A stretch of 63,916 nt of DNA, counting the filler, from Klebsormidium nitens (lineage: Eukaryota; Plantae; Klebsormidiophyceae), in the NCBI GenBank assembly GCA_000708835.1. It is 6 parts of 6 records of this genome, joined end to end, with 100 filler letters (N's around TTAATTAATTAA, not from the genome) between each part and the next. Parts side by side here need not be neighbours in the genome. Positions count along the whole stretch, not along the records: positions 58,735 to 60,908 come from DF237185.1; positions 61,009 to 63,916 come from DF238626.1; 4 more parts are not named here. One strand, given 5' to 3'. The number at the start of each line of letters is the position of its first letter. The stretch's first letter is position 1. Positions 58,760 to 63,916 of the stretch are shown here, in pieces. The notes beneath the pieces were generated by a model that was not told where the DNA came from, did no database searches, and was given only the letters and a program-made list of their open reading frames with translations. Position numbers and translations under genes: made by a program.

Positions 58760-60908
58760 TTGCTCGAGAGGCGGCCCCACGAGCGAGCGACATGCGCCGG
58801 CGAGTCGTGCTTCTGTCGACAACACGATCGACTCTTTGACGAGACCGCTGCACACGTCTTTGATGATCGGGGGAGCAAGGGGGGCGATCGTGGAAGGGAG
58901 GGGGGGTCGGTTGAGGAGCAGCCCCCTCGCAAACGGGCGAGGCGGAACAAGACCTTTTGGGAAGGGCACCAACAGTGCTCGCATACGGTGGCGCCTCAGG
59001 GCTGGACCGCTCGGCCGCCAACGGAAGCAAGGGGGAAGGAGGCGATCCGGGGTTGGGTCGACGCGTGCACGAGCTGTTCGATGGCCTCTTTGGCGGCCGT
59101 CGGCGGTCGATGCGAGCACGGAGAGGCTTTGAGGGTTCGCACCCCTGTCATGCTTCTCACCACGGAGGCCGTCCAAGTCACGAAGCCCAAGCTCGCGCGC
59201 TTGAGCGACGCGCATGCCGTTCATGATCCGCTGGTGACTTCGCTCGATCGCCCGGTTCCTGTGAGCAAGCTGAGGGACTGCCACTTTGCGGAGCTTTCGG
59301 AGAAGGGGCTGTTGAGCGCGCCCTGCCCCTTGGGGCCCCCAGCGTGTGGCGGTTCGTGGGTCGAGCAGTGGGGCGAAGCGGAAGTGACGGCCGCCCAGTG
59401 GAGCCAGCGGGTTCGGTTGCGAGTGTACCACTGCCAGTGTCTCAACGAGGCGCACGCGATCCACTTTGATGGCGAGCACCTGGGGCTCTTCACGTGGAAC
59501 CGCAGGACGATCTTCGTCCAAGAGAGCTTGCAATTGCTCTTGCGGGGCATGCAGCACGGCCACAGCTTCAAGGCCGAGCTGGCAACGCATCAAGCGGCCT
59601 TCCAACGGTCGCCGGATGCGGCCGTCTTGAGCGAGGAGACGTGGCGGAGGGCGAGCCTCGACTTCTTCAAGCTGGTCGGCCTCGGGCTTCGAGAGTGCTG
59701 CTCGTTGTGCGGGCATCATCCAAAGGTGAGAGTCAAGGCCCACTAGACTTCAATCAATTTTGGACACGAGACTCTCGTGTCTGTGCCGTCTTTGCTGTCT
59801 TGGCTCTCTTACAGACCATGGAGTTTGAATGAAGTCGTAGAACGTTGTGCGGCCGGCCATACCCTCCTCATCATATGCGATGATGTACACGATTTTGAAC
59901 GTACACTTGTGCACACACGCAGGTGCTCCTGTGCGATGGGATCGTTGGGCTGGCGAGCACTGACGGCTCGCAGAAGCCTGGGGGGCTCGGCAGCTCTTCG
60001 CTTGACGCGCGACGAACGTTTTGCCACCCAAGCCGAGAGTTGAGTGGAGCACTCCTCGAGAAGAGGTCGATCTCGGGGCGCGATTATTGCGCGGCCGGCC
60101 TCCATGGAGGCGGGATAAAGCGCAAGCTTCTGTTGCAACCAGAGCTACGAGAGGCGCTCGCACGATTGTCCCAGCATCGGCCAAAGGACGAAAAGCTCGG
60201 GAAGAGGTTGTCAAGGGTGGATTTTGAGGTCCTCATTGCCGGCTTGGCTCACGGGGACACGACAATCGTGAAGCGCTTTGGCGCCGAGGAGGCCGAAGGC
60301 CCGCTCTCGGAGGACGGTAAAAGGCGCATGCTGGCCGAGCAGCAAACGATGGTGCGGGACCGCAACCTGGCCGTCTTTGAGCTGCTGACAGGCATCCAAG
60401 CCGACTTCAAAAGGCGAGGGTTGAGCTCGGACCTGTGGGAGCACTGGGTTGGCGAGTGGGTAGAGCTCCTATACTCCCTCGGCGCGCACGATTCGGATGA
60501 GGACCTGATTGGAGTTGGCGCGCTGCACGTGGTGCGAAAGCTCTTGCTGGGCAGCGAAGCCTCTCTCGAGGACCGCCGCGAGTTGGGACGAGACGCGCCC
60601 ATCTTGCGGCGGCTCTTGGACTCGTACGGAGGGCTCACGTTCCCCGCCTTCTTCATGCGCACCCTCCACCACCTGTACCTGCTCGCGCTCCTTGCGAGAG
60701 GGGCAACGGGGTTTGAAGCTGAGGGGCGGCTGGGTTGGGTGCACGAGGCAATCGACCCGTTTGAACGAGCGGTCTCCCTTCTTGCGGAGGCCCGAAGGCG
60801 TCCCCTGAGCATCGAGGAGCGCCAAAGGCTGGACGAGACTCGAGGGTTGGCGAACGAGCTACTCCCAGGGGTTGAGAGGTTGGAGCCGAGCGCGGAGCAA
60901 TGGGAGGG
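58760..60908 (+). mobile_element. KDZ (Kyakuja-Dileera-Zisupton/HMGXB3-like) CxC-transposase fragment, bounded by gaps
   Basis: CxC-like RVYHCQC..HFDGEHLGLFTWNRRTIF, then CSLCGHHPK|VLLCDG joined by a phase-0 intron at 59726-59922. Confidence 0.55.
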
Positions 60909-61008
60909 NNNNNNNNNNNNNNNNNNNNNNNNNNNNNNNNNNNNNNNNNNNNTTAATTAATTAANNNNNNNNNNNNNNNNNNNNNNNNNNNNNNNNNNNN
61001 NNNNNNNN

Positions 61009-61504
61009 CTGCAGCATTGGGAGCATAGTGTCCACCGAGCTGACCTTATCCGAGTACATTAAGACCGTTACCACAGTCCCGTACTCCTTAGACAACCCGC
61101 GAGTCAACACGGACATGGCAAGATCATCCGGCTTCACATCCGACCCCGCGCTTACCAACTCCCTCTCAAGATCCCTAGCCCTGCCAACGTAGGCGGCCAC
61201 GGACTCACCGGACCCTTGCTTGAGGGTTGTTAGCTTTTGCCGGAGTTGCAACTTCCGAGTGGCACTCTTGCCTTTGTAGATCGCCTCCAATGCATCCCAA
61301 GCAACCCGAGCTCCTCCTTCAGGCGCAGGTACCAAGCCCGCGGCGCCTGGCGCAACCCGTAAAGGGAGCGCTTGAGGAGGCAAACCATCTCCGGCCCGCC
61401 TTGCTCGTACCGCCAGAGCTCACTCTCTTCTCCCCCTACGGCGGCTTCCTGATAACTCTTGGGGCTCGGGATGCTCCCCCGACCCCTTTGGCGGGTCCAT
61501 AACC
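61009..61504 (-). mobile_element. Rearranged Copia segment: PBS, two RT-region fragments, then gag
   Basis: PBS GGTTATGGACCC. Copies of ~63365-63450 and ~62910-63020 precede gag WDALEAIYKGKSATRKLQLRQKL. Confidence 0.7.
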
Positions 61505-61866
61505 TGTTGAAATAAACGCGCCTTGAGCGCCTTTCAAGAGGAAGCACAACTACTAGAAGTAAGTTTCCAATACAAGGCAATCCGCCGAGTCATATCGAGT
61601 TCGCAAGTTTAAAATTAGGCCAAGTCTCGACTGAGTCCGAGCCCTATGTCTGCGCATAACCGAGGACTAATATTGCCGGCACATTGTGCCCAGGTTGCGT
61701 TCTGAAATTCGCGACTGCAAATTTCGACGGCACTTGATTGCCCCGGTTTTATCCTGACCGAATTTGAGTCCGGGCGACTGCCCGAGTTCGGTCGAGCGAG
61801 ATCTACGGCAAATTATACCAAGTCATTAGGGTGTCACTACCCTATACTCAAGCCTAGATCTCAACA
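61505..61866 (-). mobile_element. Copia LTR (362 bp) with a PPT on one side and a PBS on the other
   Basis: TGTTGA...TCAACA termini. PPT GGGGGAG at 61867-61873, PBS at 61493-61504. Confidence 0.85.
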
Positions 61867-61885
61867 CTCCCCCACACATTGATGA

Positions 61886-63916
61886 CTACGCAATTCCTAT
61901 CTCCTTCCTGCACTTGGAGAACTTCCCCGGAGTCAGCGCCTTGGTCATGATGTCCGCCTTCATGTCGTCCGTCCCGCAGTACGCGAACCCAACCTCCTTG
62001 CGCGCCACCCGCTCCCGTGCAAAGTGATGTAGCACGTCAATGTGCTTCGACCGCAGTGCTGCGACCGGATGCTTCAGGAGCTGTATTGCCCCTTGGTTGT
62101 CGCAGTTGATTGGGACCGTGCCAAGGCCCAACCCCAAGTCTCCCCCGAGCTTGCGAAACCACAGCGCCTCCTTCACCGCCTGCGCCGCGCTCATAAACTC
62201 CGCCTCCACCGTGGACACCGCCACCGTCGGCTGCAAACGGCTTGACCAACTCACCGCTCCCCCGTACATCAGGAAGACGTACCCCGTCGTGGAACGCCTC
62301 GAGTCAACGTCCCCCGCAAAATCCGCATCGCAAAACACCTCAAGGAGCTCATCGCTCCCCCCAAAGGTTACCCCGGCCTCCGCCGTCCCCGCCAAATAGC
62401 GCACCACCCCGAGCGCCGCCGCCCAATGCGCCTCCGTTGGCGCGCTCGTGTAGCGCGCCAGTGCCCCCACGGCCTGAGCAATGTCGGGCCGCGTGCACAC
62501 ACTCAAATAGAGCAAGCTTCCAATGAGCTCGCTATAGGGGAACTTCGCCGTGTCAAGCGGAGTCCCCTCCCTCATCAATTTCTCCCCCGTACCGAGGGGA
62601 ACCGAGCGCGCCCGCGCGCCCCCGCGCCCGCCAACCCGTGTCGTCCAAGGAGCTCCCCCGTCTGCTTCTTCTGCGTCAGCTTCAGGGTGCGCGCCTCCCG
62701 GTCGCGCGCCAACTCCATCCCGAGGAAGTAAGTCGCCTCCCCCAAGTTCCTCATGTCGAACGTCCGCGCGAGGTGGGCCTTCATCTTTGCCACGCGGTCC
62801 TTCCCACGAGTGGCGATGAGGATGTCGTCCACCCAAACGAGAAGGAAGACCTCCTCCCCGTCGACCTCCCCCACGAAAAGCGCCGCGTCCGCTACGGACG
62901 CCCCAAACTCAAGCAACCCGAGCTCCTCCTTCAGGCGCAGGTACCAAGCCCGCGGCGCCTGGCGCAACCCGTAAAGGGAGCGCTTGAGGAGGCAAACCAT
63001 CTCCGGCCCGCCTTGCTCGTACCCCTGCGGCTGCTTCATGTAGATCGTCTCCTCCAGCTCGCCGTTGAGGAACGCCGTCTTGACGTCGAGTTGGTGAAGC
63101 TCTAGGTCGCGCGCCGCAAGCACCGCGAGAAGCGCCCTCAAGGTTGTGTGCTTGCTCACCGGGGCATAGACCTCCTGGAAGTCAATCCCTTGCTTTTGCA
63201 AGTACCCTTTTGCCACCAACCGAGACTTATACCGCTCCACGTTCCCAAGCGCATCCCGCTTAATCTTGTAAACCCACTTCATGGGAACCGGCTTCACCCC
63301 CTCCGGCTTTTCGACGAGCTCCCAAATCCCGTTCTCCAACAAAGACCGCATCTCCTCGTCCATGGACAACCGCCAGAGCTCACTCTCTTCTCCCCCTATG
63401 GCTTCCTGATAGCTTTGGGGCTCGGGATGCTCCCCTGACCCCTTTGGCGGGTTATCCCTAACCCCTTCCGCCGCGAGGTTAACCCTAAAACGCTCCGGCA
63501 ATCTCCTCTCTCTTGGGGGGTTTCTCCTCGTCCCCAAATCCGCCGGGGTGACCACCGGCTCTTCCACGACTTCGCCGCTCTTTTCGGCGCCCTCCGTCAA
63601 AACGGACTCCTCGCTCCCGGTGCCGGCCTCCCCCGTAGGAGTAGCCCCTGCACCAAGCTGAGTGCCGGCCTCCCCCGTAGGGGTAGCCCCTGCACCCATC
63701 TGAGTCGGGGGGCTCACACGACAAAGGGTCGCGAGCACCCCCCTCCTCTTTCCCCGGGGCGGAGCCAAGCTCAACGACCCCGGAGGGCCCCCGCTCGTCC
63801 ACAACAACGTCCCGGGAGACAATCACAACTCCGGTCCTCTCTTTCAAGACCCGGTAGGCCTTCGCGTTCGGCTCATACCCTAGGAAGACCCCCCGTTCGC
63901 TCACCGGCTCCAATTT
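61886..63916 (-). mobile_element. Ty1/Copia pol (end of integrase, RT, RNase H), one frameshift near 62600
   Basis: KWVYKIK..YKSRLVAKGYLQKQGIDF, LHQLDVKTAFLNG, LLVWVDDIL, FCDADFAGD, SKHIDVLHHFARE. Confidence 0.95.

Noticed and set aside
58679-59743. 354-aa minus-strand ORF
   Set aside because: Shadow of the KDZ-like exon that runs into the gap linker.

Overview
Eukaryotic, repeat-rich window with GT-AG introns and N-gaps carrying a TTAATTAATTAA linker. A GT37 fucosyltransferase and half-tRNA-primed Copia elements suggest a streptophyte green alga such as Klebsormidium (inference only). Left half (11.7-24.0 kb): a virus-like replication/integration module with two Prim-Pol/D5 SF3 primase-helicase genes and two tandem tyrosine recombinases. 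One helicase gene is intronless and intact. The other is intron-split and frameshifted, with a GIY-YIG/T5orf172-like nuclease nested antisense in the intron that splits Walker A. One recombinase is intact, one decayed. A family of ~85-93 bp TGACGTCA/TTGGACA repeats forms inverted arrays around the module. No capsid or packaging ATPase was recognised. Middle: a multi-exon xyloglucan-type fucosyltransferase, F-box genes, and decayed or nested Copia and Gypsy LTR elements. Right half: an apparently intact ~962-aa RAG1/Transib-like DDE transposase with a convergent Cys-rich ORF, a KDZ-like transposase fragment and a tandem Copia. All family assignments come from motif recognition by eye; no database searches were run.
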